From the NCBI GenBank assembly GCA_963744995.1, contig CAVUWA010000011.1:21577-85576 (forward strand): 64,000 nt of DNA, written 5' to 3'. Below the pieces are notes generated by a model that saw nothing but the letters and a program-made list of their open reading frames with translations, was not told where the DNA came from and did not search any database. Source of the stretch: Candidatus Eiseniibacteriota bacterium (GTDB lineage: Bacteria > Eisenbacteria > RBG-16-71-46). Every line of letters begins with the position of its first letter. Positions within the stretch are counted from its first letter, which is position 1. Of this stretch, positions 45,455 through 54,332 are shown one piece after another. Position numbers and translations under genes: made by a program.

Positions 45455-46779
45455 TGCACGAGTCGACGCACGGATCGATGCGCACGAGCCCGGGACGGCG
45501 ATTCCGTTTCGCCCGCGCCTTGGCGGTGGTGCTGATGGTCGCTCCACTCGCGGCGCTGGTGGCGCGTGCGGCCACGCGCGATCAGAAACCCGACCACTAC
45601 CCGCACGGCTCGTTCAAGGGCGAGTGCTCCGACTGTCACGGCGCCCAGGGCTGGAAGCCCGCGCGCTTCAGCCGCAAGTTCAACCACGCGAAGTTCGGCT
45701 TCGCGCTAAGCGGCGCGCACGCCGCCGCCGACTGCCGGAGCTGCCACGTGTCGCTGGACTTCTCGGTCGAGAAGACGCGCTGCGAGTCGTGTCACGCCGA
45801 TCCGCACCACGACGAGCTGGGGTCGGACTGCGCGCGCTGCCACACGCCGCGCAGCTTCATCGATCGCAGCGGCATGGTGCGCGCGCACCAGCTCACGCGC
45901 TTCCCGCTCACCGGCAGCCACACGGCGGTCGAGTGCGAGAGCTGCCACAGGCCCGCCGCGGCCGGGCAGATGCAGTTCGTGAACGTGGACGCCGCGTGCA
46001 TCGGCTGCCATCGGGCCGAGTTCCAGTCCGCGAAGGAGCCCGATCACACCGGCTCCGGTTTCCCGACCGATTGCACGTCGTGTCACTCCACGATCTCGTG
46101 GCAGGGCGGCCGTTTCGATCACGCCCGCGTCGCCGGCACGCCGTGCACCCAGTGCCACCTCCCCGACTACCAGGCGACCACGGATCCGGACCACCAGGCG
46201 GCCGGGATTCCGCTCGAGTGCCAGAGCTGCCATTCGACGCTCGCCTGGCAGCCGGCGACCTTCGACCACGCCGCGGTGGCGGGCCAGGCCTGCACCCAGT
46301 GCCACATGGCCGACTACCAGGCCACGACCGACCCGAATCACGGCGCCAACGGCTTCCCGCTCGCGTGCGAGTCGTGTCACTCCACCACCGCCTGGCAGCC
46401 GGCGTCGTTCGACCACGCGTCGGTCGCCGGCACGCCGTGCGCCTCGTGTCACACCGCCGACTACCAGGCGACCACGAATCCGGTCCACTCGAGCTCGGGC
46501 TTCCCGATGACCTGCGGCGACTGCCATGGCACGACCACATGGCTCGGCGCGACGTTCGATCACGATCCGTGGTTCCCGATCTACTCGGGGAGACACGCCG
46601 GAACCTGGAACGACTGCTCGGACTGTCACCAGATGCAGAACGACTTTTCGAACTTCACGTGCCTGACCTGTCACCCGCACGACAACCGGACCGAAACCGA
46701 CGGCCACCACAGCGGCATGTCGGGCTACCGCTACGACAGCCAGGCGTGCTACTCCTGCCACCCGCGGGGGCGCACCTGA
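45454..46779 (+). CDS. Multiheme c-type cytochrome, 16 CXXCH motifs
   Basis: GGAGG lies before the ATG, and the start overlaps the upstream stop (ATGA). It has a signal peptide and 16 CXXCH motifs. Confidence 0.8.
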   Translation: MHESTHGSMRTSPGRRFRFARALAVVLMVAPLAALVARAATRDQKPDHYPHGSFKGECSDCHGAQGWKPARFSRKFNHAKFGFALSGAHAAADCRSCHVSLDFSVEKTRCESCHADPHHDELGSDCARCHTPRSFIDRSGMVRAHQLTRFPLTGSHTAVECESCHRPAAAGQMQFVNVDAACIGCHRAEFQSAKEPDHTGSGFPTDCTSCHSTISWQGGRFDHARVAGTPCTQCHLPDYQATTDPDHQAAGIPLECQSCHSTLAWQPATFDHAAVAGQACTQCHMADYQATTDPNHGANGFPLACESCHSTTAWQPASFDHASVAGTPCASCHTADYQATTNPVHSSSGFPMTCGDCHGTTTWLGATFDHDPWFPIYSGRHAGTWNDCSDCHQMQNDFSNFTCLTCHPHDNRTETDGHHSGMSGYRYDSQACYSCHPRGRT

Positions 46780-48437
46780 TGCGGCGCCGGGGCCTGGCCG
46801 CGTCGCCGGCGGGCGTCGCGTGGCTCGTCCTGTTCGCGTGCGCCGCGTGGCCGGCACGCGCGGCGGCCGCGGACGCCGGCGGGGTCGCGGTGCCGGCGCC
46901 GGCCGCGCCGCGGATCGCCACGACGAAGGTCGTCTACCTCGCCGGCGGCTCGGTGTACGTCGAGGCCGGGCGCCGCGACGGGATCGCCGAGGGTGATACG
47001 CTGGAGGTGCTGCGCGGCGCGCGCACGATCGCCCGGCTGATCGTGACCGCGGTTTCGTCGCGCCGCGCGGCGTGCGACACGTTCGCGGTCGCGCTCGCTC
47101 CCGGGATCGGCGACCCGGTGCGCTACACCGCCGCTCCGGCGCCGGCCGGGACGCCGGCGTCCACGGCGCCCGTTTCACTGCGGCCGCCGTCTTCCGAGGC
47201 CGAAGCCGGCGCCACGCCCCGCGCCGACGGCACGGCCGCGAAGCCGCGCCGCGGCGCGCGCGGGCGCCCCTGGCGCGGCCGCGTGGCGCTGCGCTACCTG
47301 TCGGTGGATCCCGGCGCGGGCGGGGGGTATACGCAGCCCGCGCTCGACGTGCGCGCGGACGGACGCGGCGCCGGTGCGACCCCGCTCGACCTGTCCGTCG
47401 ATCTGCGCAGCCGGCGCACCTACCGCGGCGACCGCCAGGAGGACGTGGCGCGCGTCTACCGTGCGCTCGTCGCCGTCGGCGCGCCCGGCGAGCGGCGCCT
47501 CACCCTCGGCCGCCAGCTCTCCCCCGCCCTCTCGGCGGTAAGCGTGTTCGACGGCGCGCTGTTCGAGACCGCCGCGCACGGCCGGTGGCGGGCCGGAGCA
47601 TTCGCCGGCACGCAGCCCGAGCCCGTCCGTTACCGTCCCTCGGGCGAGATCTTCGAAGCCGGCGCGTTCGCCGAGGCGCGCGCCACGCACGGCCCGCGCC
47701 ACAGCTGGACGCTCACGATGGGCGCGGTGAACTCGCTCGCGCACGGCCAGGTGAACCGGCAGTTCGGGTTCGTGAACGGATTCTTCGTGCGGCCGAAGCT
47801 CATGCTCACCGGCACCCAGGAAATCGATCTCAACACGGGCTGGCGGCGCACGATGGGCGACCCGGCGCTGTCGTTCTCGAGCACGTTCCTGTCGGCGCGC
47901 GCCGAGCTGCTGCACGGGCTCACGTTCTCGACCGGCTACGACGGCCGGCGCAGCGTGCGACTGTGGCGCGACCGCCTGACCCCGGAGACGGAGTTCGACG
48001 ACGCCTATCGCCGCGGCGTGTGGAGCGGGCTCTCCGGCGAAGCCTTCGGCCACGTGCGGCTGACGGTGGACGGTCGCTGGAACGGCAGCGGCAGCCAGCG
48101 CTGGCGCTCGCAGTCGGCTTCGGCCGAGCTGTTCTCGCTGCCGCCCTTCGCCGCGCGCGTGCGATATCGGGTGACCACGTACCGCAACGATGTCACGCGC
48201 GGCGCGCTGCACGCCGCCGGGGTCGGGTTCGATCCGCTCACGCTCCTGCACCTGGAGTGGAACGCCGGCGTGCGGACCTCGCGCGACGACTTCAGCGAGA
48301 GCCGCACGGACTGGCAGTCGCTCGACGCCGATCTCCATCTCACCCGCCGCGCCTACCTGATGATGACCGCGGAATGGGATCGCGGCGACGGCTTCGACGC
48401 GCGCCAGGCGCAGGCCGGCCTCTCCTGGATCTTCTGA
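46779..48437 (+). CDS. Outer-membrane beta-barrel (porin-like) protein, candidate sheath for the cytochromes
   Basis: Its start overlaps the upstream stop, and it has a signal peptide. Amphipathic beta-strand segments alternate with loops. The C-terminus ...AQAGLSWIF ends in Phe, a typical OMP signature. Confidence 0.6.
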   Translation: MRRRGLAASPAGVAWLVLFACAAWPARAAAADAGGVAVPAPAAPRIATTKVVYLAGGSVYVEAGRRDGIAEGDTLEVLRGARTIARLIVTAVSSRRAACDTFAVALAPGIGDPVRYTAAPAPAGTPASTAPVSLRPPSSEAEAGATPRADGTAAKPRRGARGRPWRGRVALRYLSVDPGAGGGYTQPALDVRADGRGAGATPLDLSVDLRSRRTYRGDRQEDVARVYRALVAVGAPGERRLTLGRQLSPALSAVSVFDGALFETAAHGRWRAGAFAGTQPEPVRYRPSGEIFEAGAFAEARATHGPRHSWTLTMGAVNSLAHGQVNRQFGFVNGFFVRPKLMLTGTQEIDLNTGWRRTMGDPALSFSSTFLSARAELLHGLTFSTGYDGRRSVRLWRDRLTPETEFDDAYRRGVWSGLSGEAFGHVRLTVDGRWNGSGSQRWRSQSASAELFSLPPFAARVRYRVTTYRNDVTRGALHAAGVGFDPLTLLHLEWNAGVRTSRDDFSESRTDWQSLDADLHLTRRAYLMMTAEWDRGDGFDARQAQAGLSWIF

Positions 48438-48583
48438 GCGCCTCGGCCGGCCGGCCGCCGTCGCATTGGGGATTTCGCCGCGCTCTGGCATGCTCGCCGC
48501 GGCACATACCGGCGCCCCGCCCGTGCGGGGCGCGCCGCGGGCCGCGGCCACATCACCTTCGAACCCACGCGACGGAGATCCGC

Positions 48584-48991
48584 ATGAAGGGCAACACCGA
48601 TCCCTGGACGTCCCTCGGCCTGCTGATCCTGCGCCTCGGGACCGGGGGCCTGCTGTTCTACGGCCACGGCTGGGGCAAGCTCCTCCACTTCGGCAGCCGC
48701 ATTCACGGTTTTTCGAACCCGATCGGTCTCGGTCCCGAGGCCAGCTTCGTGCTGGTCGTCTTCGCCGAGGCCGTCTGCAGCACCCTCGTCGCGCTCGGCC
48801 TGTGGACGCGGCTCGCGGCGATTCCCATCGTGATCTTCGCGATCGTCGCAGTGTTCGGCCAGCACTGGCACGATCCGTTCGCGAAGAAGGAGCTGGCGCT
48901 GCTTTACGGGATTCCGGCGCTGACGATCGCGCTCACCGGCGCGGGCACGTTCTCGCTGGACACGCTCCTCGGCGGGAAGCGGGGCGGGTAA
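48584..48991 (+). CDS. DoxX-family membrane protein
   Basis: GGAG lies before the ATG. LGLLILRLGTGGLLFYGHGWGKL... is a DoxX-like 4-TM unit. Confidence 0.7.
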   Translation: MKGNTDPWTSLGLLILRLGTGGLLFYGHGWGKLLHFGSRIHGFSNPIGLGPEASFVLVVFAEAVCSTLVALGLWTRLAAIPIVIFAIVAVFGQHWHDPFAKKELALLYGIPALTIALTGAGTFSLDTLLGGKRGG

Positions 48992-48998
48992 CGGCCGA

Positions 48999-50639
48999 GT
49001 GATGCGCTTCGCCGGCGTCGCGCTCGCCGCCATCTGCGCGCTCACGCTGTTCACGGGACTCGATCGCGTCGGCTACCTCGACTGGCGCGAGGCCCGCGAC
49101 GTCGAAGTCGCCCGCGAGATGATCACGCGGCACGAAGTCCTGACGCCGCTCTACGGCGACGAGGCGCATCTCGAGAAGCCGGCTGCGGCCTACGGGCCGG
49201 AAGCGCTCGTGCAGCTGGCGACGGCGGGCTCGCCGGCCGCATCACGGCGGCTGCGCGCGATCTACGCGATCGTGCTCGTCGTGCTCACCGGCTCGATCGG
49301 CGCACAGCTGTTCGGCGTGCGCGCCGGCGTGCTCGCTTCGATCGTGCTTTCCACCTCGCTCATGCTGCCGCTCGCCGCGCGCATGGACGGCACGCAACTG
49401 CTGGCCACCCTGCTCGGCTGGGCGGGCGTGGCGGGCTTCGCGGACGCGCAGTTCGAGCGGCGACCGGGCGGCGGCTCGCGCCTGCTCGTGGCGTGGGCGG
49501 CGCTGGCCGCGGCACTGGTGATCGGCGGCCCGTTGCCCGCGCTCTGGCCGATCGGCGGCTGGGCACTCTATCTCGCGCTCGCCCGTTCGAGCGACGGCTG
49601 GCGGCGCATCGCGCTGCCGGCCGGCGTGATCATGATGATCGGCATCGCGCTCCCCTGGTACGGCGCGATGACCGAGCGCATGGGCACGGCGTTCCTTGCC
49701 CGCGTGCCGTTCTTCCCGTACGCGACCGAAGCGCGCGGGCCGTGGTGGTCGGGCCCGGTCCTGACCGTTTCGTTCCTCGTGGTCGGATTCTTCCCGTGGA
49801 GCGCGATGCTGCCGGGGGCGCTCACCCACGCGGCGATCTGGTGGCGGCGCGTCCTGCGCGCGCCGGTGCTCGGCGGGCGCGGCGACGCGCGCCACGATCC
49901 GATCGTGCGCGAAGTGCGCGAAGAGGGCGCCGCGCACTTCATGATCGCCTGCATGGCCGCGGCGCTCGCACCGATCGTGCTCTACCCGGGCGCGCCGCTC
50001 ACGGCGGCGCTGCCCGCGGTGCCCGCGGCCGCGCTGCTGTGCGGACGCCTGCTCGATCACGTGTTCGAAGACCCCGCGCGCCTGCGCGCGCCGGTGCGCA
50101 ACGCGGTGTTCATGCTGGCGTTCGTCGGCTCGGTCGGCGCGGTGCTGCTGGCGATGATCGGCCCGCGCATCCGCGAGGCCGAGCCCGAACTGCGGCTCGT
50201 GGCGACCGTGGTGTTCGCGACGTCGTGGCTGCCGCTGCTCGCGCATCTCGCGGGCCGCAGGCGGATCGCCGCGGTCGCGCTCGCACTGCCGGTGGCGATC
50301 GGCGCGCCGGTCGTGCAGCTGAAGCTGCTGCCGAAGATGGAGACCTGGCTCGACACCCGGGCGGTCGCAGAGGCGATGCGCGCCGCCGCCCCGGCCCGGG
50401 CGGCGCTGGTCACCCCGGCGCCGCCGCGCCCGTCATTGCGCCTCGACCTGGATCGCAACATCGTGGTCGCCGACTCGCTCGCCCGGGCGGTCGCAGCGCA
50501 ACGGGCCAGCGATGGGCTCACCTACATCGCATTCCGCCCCTACGACGAGGGCCGGGTCGCCAGCGACGCCGGCGGCACGCTCGAGATCATGCTGCGCACG
50601 CCGGCCCTGGTGCTGGCACGCGTGCATCCGGTGCGCTAG
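48999..50639 (+). CDS. GT-C glycosyltransferase, family 39 (ArnT/PMT-like)
   Basis: A DE-type first loop is present (YLDWREARDVEVAREMI; compare ArnT PDETRYAEISREML), followed by many TM helices. Confidence 0.55.
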   Translation: MMRFAGVALAAICALTLFTGLDRVGYLDWREARDVEVAREMITRHEVLTPLYGDEAHLEKPAAAYGPEALVQLATAGSPAASRRLRAIYAIVLVVLTGSIGAQLFGVRAGVLASIVLSTSLMLPLAARMDGTQLLATLLGWAGVAGFADAQFERRPGGGSRLLVAWAALAAALVIGGPLPALWPIGGWALYLALARSSDGWRRIALPAGVIMMIGIALPWYGAMTERMGTAFLARVPFFPYATEARGPWWSGPVLTVSFLVVGFFPWSAMLPGALTHAAIWWRRVLRAPVLGGRGDARHDPIVREVREEGAAHFMIACMAAALAPIVLYPGAPLTAALPAVPAAALLCGRLLDHVFEDPARLRAPVRNAVFMLAFVGSVGAVLLAMIGPRIREAEPELRLVATVVFATSWLPLLAHLAGRRRIAAVALALPVAIGAPVVQLKLLPKMETWLDTRAVAEAMRAAAPARAALVTPAPPRPSLRLDLDRNIVVADSLARAVAAQRASDGLTYIAFRPYDEGRVASDAGGTLEIMLRTPALVLARVHPVR

Positions 50640-50657
50640 CGGCGCGGGCCGCTCCGC

Positions 50658-51770
50658 CTACGACGCCTGCCGCCGCGTGCCCTCGGCGAGCGCCACGATC
50701 ATCGCCGCGGCTTCCCGGGCGTCGGCGGGCAGCAGGCCGATGCCTTTGGCGCGCAGCCAGTCCGGTTCACGCAGCGCGCCCGGCCCGCCGACCACGAGCA
50801 GCGGCGGCTTGCGCATCGCGGCGAGCCGCTTCGCGCTGCGGGCGAGGTCCTCCTTCGGCAGATCGAGGGTCGCCGACAGCGCCACGACGCGGACGCCCGA
50901 GCGGTGCATGGCGCGTTCGAGCGCAACCGACGGCATGTCGGCGCCGAGGTAGAGCGTGCTCACGCCTTCGAGACCGATCTCGAGGGTGAGCAGCATCAGC
51001 ATGATGTCGTGCGCGTCCCCCGGCGCGCACGCGCAGAGCACGCGCGCGCTCTGGTGCAACGGACGGAGCCCGGCGAGGCTCGCACTCAGCCGTTCGCGCG
51101 CGAACGCCGACAGGAAGTGCTCCTGGGCGATCGCCTCCGGCGTCTCCCGGTAGCGGGCGCCGATGCGCGCGAGCGCGGGCGCCAGGGCTTCGTAGAACGC
51201 GTCGCGCAGCGAGTAGATGCCGACGGCGCGCGCGAACGCCTGTTCGAGCGCCGCGCGGTCGAATCCGGCGGCCGCGCGCTCGATGGCGGCCGAGTACTCC
51301 GCGAGCGTCTCGATCGAACGCGCGCTGCGGCCGCGCCTCGGCACCCGGATGGAAACGCTGCCGCTCAACCCGACGTTCTCGAGCGACAGCGACACGGTGC
51401 GTGTCGCGGGTTCGCCTTCGCGGCGCGCCGTGCGGACCTGCCGCTTGCGCGGCGCGGCGGCAGCCTCGCCGTCGCCGTCCGCGGTCGCCTGTTCGAGGTG
51501 GCTCTCCACCTGGCTGATCGGGATGCCCTGCTCGAGCACGCGCTTGATGCGCCGCAGGCGCTCGAGATCGGTTTCGGAATACAGGCGGTAGCCCTTCGGC
51601 GTGCGCGCCGGCCGGATCAGATGGTAGCGCCGCTCCCAGGAGCGGAGCGTGTTGGCGTTGATGCCGCTCAGGGCGCAGGCGGACCGGATCGTGTAGCGGG
51701 CGGTCTTGGGCACGGTTCGAAGTCCTTGTGCGTCGAAGCGATCGGCAGGCATTCCGTCCGGAGCATCCAC
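50658..51770 (-). CDS. MerR-family regulator with C-terminal cobalamin-binding-like domain (LitR/CarH-type light-responsive regulator candidate)
   Basis: It has an N-terminal MerR HTH (YTIRSACALSGINANTLRSWERRY...YRLYSETDLERLRRIK). The C-terminal region carries B12-binding-like elements: GDAHDIM (a DxHxxG variant), VVALSATLD (SxL) and LLVVGGPG (GG). Confidence 0.6.
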   Translation of the reverse strand: MDAPDGMPADRFDAQGLRTVPKTARYTIRSACALSGINANTLRSWERRYHLIRPARTPKGYRLYSETDLERLRRIKRVLEQGIPISQVESHLEQATADGDGEAAAAPRKRQVRTARREGEPATRTVSLSLENVGLSGSVSIRVPRRGRSARSIETLAEYSAAIERAAAGFDRAALEQAFARAVGIYSLRDAFYEALAPALARIGARYRETPEAIAQEHFLSAFARERLSASLAGLRPLHQSARVLCACAPGDAHDIMLMLLTLEIGLEGVSTLYLGADMPSVALERAMHRSGVRVVALSATLDLPKEDLARSAKRLAAMRKPPLLVVGGPGALREPDWLRAKGIGLLPADAREAAAMIVALAEGTRRQAS

Positions 51771-52017
51771 CGGCGCGCCTCATTGTGCATGGATTGTGCA
51801 AACATGGACTTGGATGCACCGTGCAGCTGAATCGTTTGCGAAAAATACAGGCTGTTCCGGTGGCATCCCGGAAACCTTGTGCAAACCTGTCATGGACCTG
51901 GCCGGGGCATCGGAACGGGATCGGGCCGGCGCAGCGCTCCGGCCATGTGTCCGGGCGAGATGCCCGGGGCCGCGCCCGGGGCCCCACCCCGGCTCATTCC
52001 ACACGGGAGCATTCCGC
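51771..52017. promoter_or_regulatory. Divergent promoter region between the LitR-like gene and photolyase, with repeated TTGTGCA(AAC) elements and palindromes
   Basis: TTGTGCAAAC-n-CATGGAC occurs twice, at 51794-51809 and 51877-51897. The palindrome TGCACcGTGCA is at 51815-51825. The inverted repeat TTCCGGtggcatCCGGAA is at 51855-51873. Confidence 0.35.
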
Positions 52018-53427
52018 GTGCGCATCCTCCACTGGTTCCGCAAGGACCTGCGGCTCTCCGACAACACCGCGCTCGACGAGGCGCTGCGCGATGCCGCGGG
52101 GAACGTCGTGCCGTTCTATGCGAGCGAGCCCTCGATCCTCGGTCGCGACGACATGGCGGCGGTGCGCGTGCAGTTCGTGCTCGACGCGCTCGCGGACCTG
52201 GCGGGTGCGCTCGAGCGCGCGGGCTCGCACCTGGCTCTCGACCACGGCGAGGCCACCGACACCGTGCCGCGCGCGGCACGTGCCGCCGGGGCGGACGCCG
52301 TGTACTGGAACGACGAATACGAGCCCGCGCTGCGCGCCCGCGACGACGCCGTGGAGGCGGCACTCGCCGCGCAGGGCATCCGCGTGAAGCGCTTTCACGA
52401 CCGCCTGCTGGTGCCGCCCGACGCGGTGCGCACCGGCAGGGGCGATCCGTTCGTCGTCTATTCGCCGTTCCGGCGCGCGTGCGAAGCGCTGCCGATCGGC
52501 ACGCCGCGGCGCGCGGCAGGGCGTTTCGCCCCGCATGAGCTGCCGCGGCGCCGCATCGCGAAGCTCGCGGCGCTCGGCTTCGAGCTGCGGGTGCCGGCCT
52601 GGGCCTCCGGCGAGGCCGCGGCGCGGGCGCAGCTCCAGCGGTTCGTGCAGGACGGGCTCGCGCGCTACGGCACCGATCGCGACCGTCCTGCGGCGGGGGC
52701 CGTGTCGCGGCTCTCGCCGCATCTTCGCTTCGGCACGATCTCGGTGCGCACGGTGGCGGCCGCGGCGCACGAGGCGGCGCGCGCCGACCGGCGGCTCGGG
52801 AAGGCCGTGGACAGGTACGTGGCGGAGCTGCGCTGGCGCGACTTCTACGCGCACGTCCTCTACCACTTTCCGCACGCCGAGCACGGCGCGTTCCGAAGGC
52901 GCTACGACGCGCTCGCCTGGGAGGGCGACCCTGCGCACTTCGAAGCCTGGCGCGCGGGCCGCACCGGCTATCCGATGGTGGATGCCGGCATGCGCGAGCT
53001 GGCCGCGACCGGCTTCATGCACAACCGCCTGCGGATGATCGTAGCGGCATTCCTGGTCAAGGACCTGCTGCTCGACTGGCGGACGGGCGAGCGGCACTTC
53101 ATGAACCATCTGGTCGACGGGGACCTCGCGAGCAACAACGGCGGCTGGCAGTGGGCCGCCTCGACCGGCACCGACGCGCAGCCGTACTTCCGGATCTTCA
53201 ACCCCGTCCTGCAGGGCGAGCGCTACGACGCCCGGGGCGAGTACGTGAAGCGGTGGGTGCCGGAGCTGGCGGGCCTCGAGCCGAAGTGGCTCCACCGGCC
53301 CTGGGAAGCGCCGGATGAAGCGCTCGATCGGGCCGGGATTGCCCTCGGCCGCGACTACCCGCAGCCGATCGTCGATCACGCCGAGCAGCGGGATCTGGCC
53401 CTGGAGATGTTCAGGGTGGCGAAATGA
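52018..53427 (+). CDS. phr: Deoxyribodipyrimidine (CPD) photolyase
   Basis: GGGAG lies before the GTG start. The blocks ILHWFRKDLRLSDNTAL...SRLSPHLRFGTIS...LRWRDFY...GYPMVDAGMREL...GFMHNRLRMI...DGDLASNNGGWQW are photolyase/cryptochrome signatures. Confidence 0.85.
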   Translation: MRILHWFRKDLRLSDNTALDEALRDAAGNVVPFYASEPSILGRDDMAAVRVQFVLDALADLAGALERAGSHLALDHGEATDTVPRAARAAGADAVYWNDEYEPALRARDDAVEAALAAQGIRVKRFHDRLLVPPDAVRTGRGDPFVVYSPFRRACEALPIGTPRRAAGRFAPHELPRRRIAKLAALGFELRVPAWASGEAAARAQLQRFVQDGLARYGTDRDRPAAGAVSRLSPHLRFGTISVRTVAAAAHEAARADRRLGKAVDRYVAELRWRDFYAHVLYHFPHAEHGAFRRRYDALAWEGDPAHFEAWRAGRTGYPMVDAGMRELAATGFMHNRLRMIVAAFLVKDLLLDWRTGERHFMNHLVDGDLASNNGGWQWAASTGTDAQPYFRIFNPVLQGERYDARGEYVKRWVPELAGLEPKWLHRPWEAPDEALDRAGIALGRDYPQPIVDHAEQRDLALEMFRVAK

Positions 53428-53606
53428 CGATATTTCGTCATTCAGAGGCGATGGGTGGGCCAGCCTGCGCTCCGGGGGACCTCGATTCGCTCCAGGTTGG
53501 TACGCCCGTTTGCAGCGCGCGCGAGCGCCGTGCGGGGGCGGCAACTGGCCCATGCGTCAGGCTTTCGCGATATTTCGTAATTACAAGTCAACGATATTTC
53601 GTCTAG
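53428..53606. promoter_or_regulatory. Three AT-rich direct repeats (core GATATTTCGT, near-palindromic) between the photolyase stop and the GAF/Fis regulator start
   Basis: Copies lie at 53428-53442 (within aaTGACGATATTTCGTCAtt, half-sites TGACGA/TCGTCA), 53567-53581 (cgCGATATTTCGTAat) and 53592-53606 (aACGATATTTCGTCta). The last ends 10 nt before the ATG at 53616. Confidence 0.45.
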
Positions 53607-53615
53607 AGTTCGCAC

Positions 53616-54332
53616 ATGCTCGACGCGAGGTCTTCCGGGAACGCGATTCTCGACCGGCTCGCCACCGGACTCATCGCCGGCGCGGATGGGGTGCTCGCCC
53701 GGGTCTGGCTGATGGGCCCGGGCGACCTCTGCCAGGAATGCGCCATGCAGCGCGAATGCGCCGATCGGGCGCGCTGTCTGCACCTGGTGAAGAGCGCCGG
53801 CACCACCGCGCGGATCGACGGCCCGTTCCGGCGTTTTCCGCTCGGTGCGCGGGAAGTCGGCCGCGTTCCGGAGACCTCGCAGACGTTCGTCGTGAACGAC
53901 GGTCTCGAAGCCATGGGCCTGGCCGATCGCGCCTGGCTCATGGCGCACGACGTCCGCGCCTTCGCCGCGGCGCCGATGGTGGTGGAGGGCGTCTGCACCG
54001 GCGTGGTCGCCGTGTTCGCGCGCCGGGCGATCGAGCCCGCGCTCGTGGCGGCGATCGAGGCGATGGCAGCGATCGCCGGCGGTGCGCTCGCCGCGCTGCG
54101 CGAAGCGCCGGCGGCGCCGCGGGCCGCGGCGCGTGCGTCGACCGCAGCCGTGGCAGGCATCGACTGCCTGCGCGCCTGGGATCACATCGAGCGCGAGGTG
54201 CTGGAACGCGTGCTCCTCCACACCGGCGGCAGGGTCAGCGGCCCGCATGGCGCCGCGGCGATCCTCGATCTGAAACCGACGACGCTGCAGTCACGCCTCA
54301 AGCGGCTCGGCGTTCGCAGGAAACGCGGGTGA
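53616..54332 (+). CDS. GAF-like sensor plus Fis-type HTH transcriptional regulator
   Basis: The C-terminus ...GGRVSGPHGAAAILDLKPTTLQSRLKRLGV is a Fis/NtrC-type HTH. An N-terminal GAF-like region contains a Cys cluster (CQECAMQRECADRARC). Confidence 0.55.
   Translation: MLDARSSGNAILDRLATGLIAGADGVLARVWLMGPGDLCQECAMQRECADRARCLHLVKSAGTTARIDGPFRRFPLGAREVGRVPETSQTFVVNDGLEAMGLADRAWLMAHDVRAFAAAPMVVEGVCTGVVAVFARRAIEPALVAAIEAMAAIAGGALAALREAPAAPRAAARASTAAVAGIDCLRAWDHIEREVLERVLLHTGGRVSGPHGAAAILDLKPTTLQSRLKRLGVRRKRG

Noticed and set aside
36146-48551. Other large shadow ORFs (35937-36959 minus, 37594-39336 plus, 38909-40768 plus, 41166-42602 minus, 42130-43848 minus, 43493-45346 minus, 45706-47178 minus, 47175-48551 minus, 44574-46778 5' part)
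   Set aside because: Their composition is Arg/Ala/Gly/Pro-biased and they have no motifs. They overlap genes that carry strong signatures (CXXCH arrays, HD-GYP, FAD/NAD folds).
51994-53553. Minus-strand 519-aa ORF antisense to photolyase, and the 51728-52538 plus-frame ORFs
   Set aside because: The photolyase frame carries unmistakable family motifs. The alternatives are Arg-rich shadow frames.
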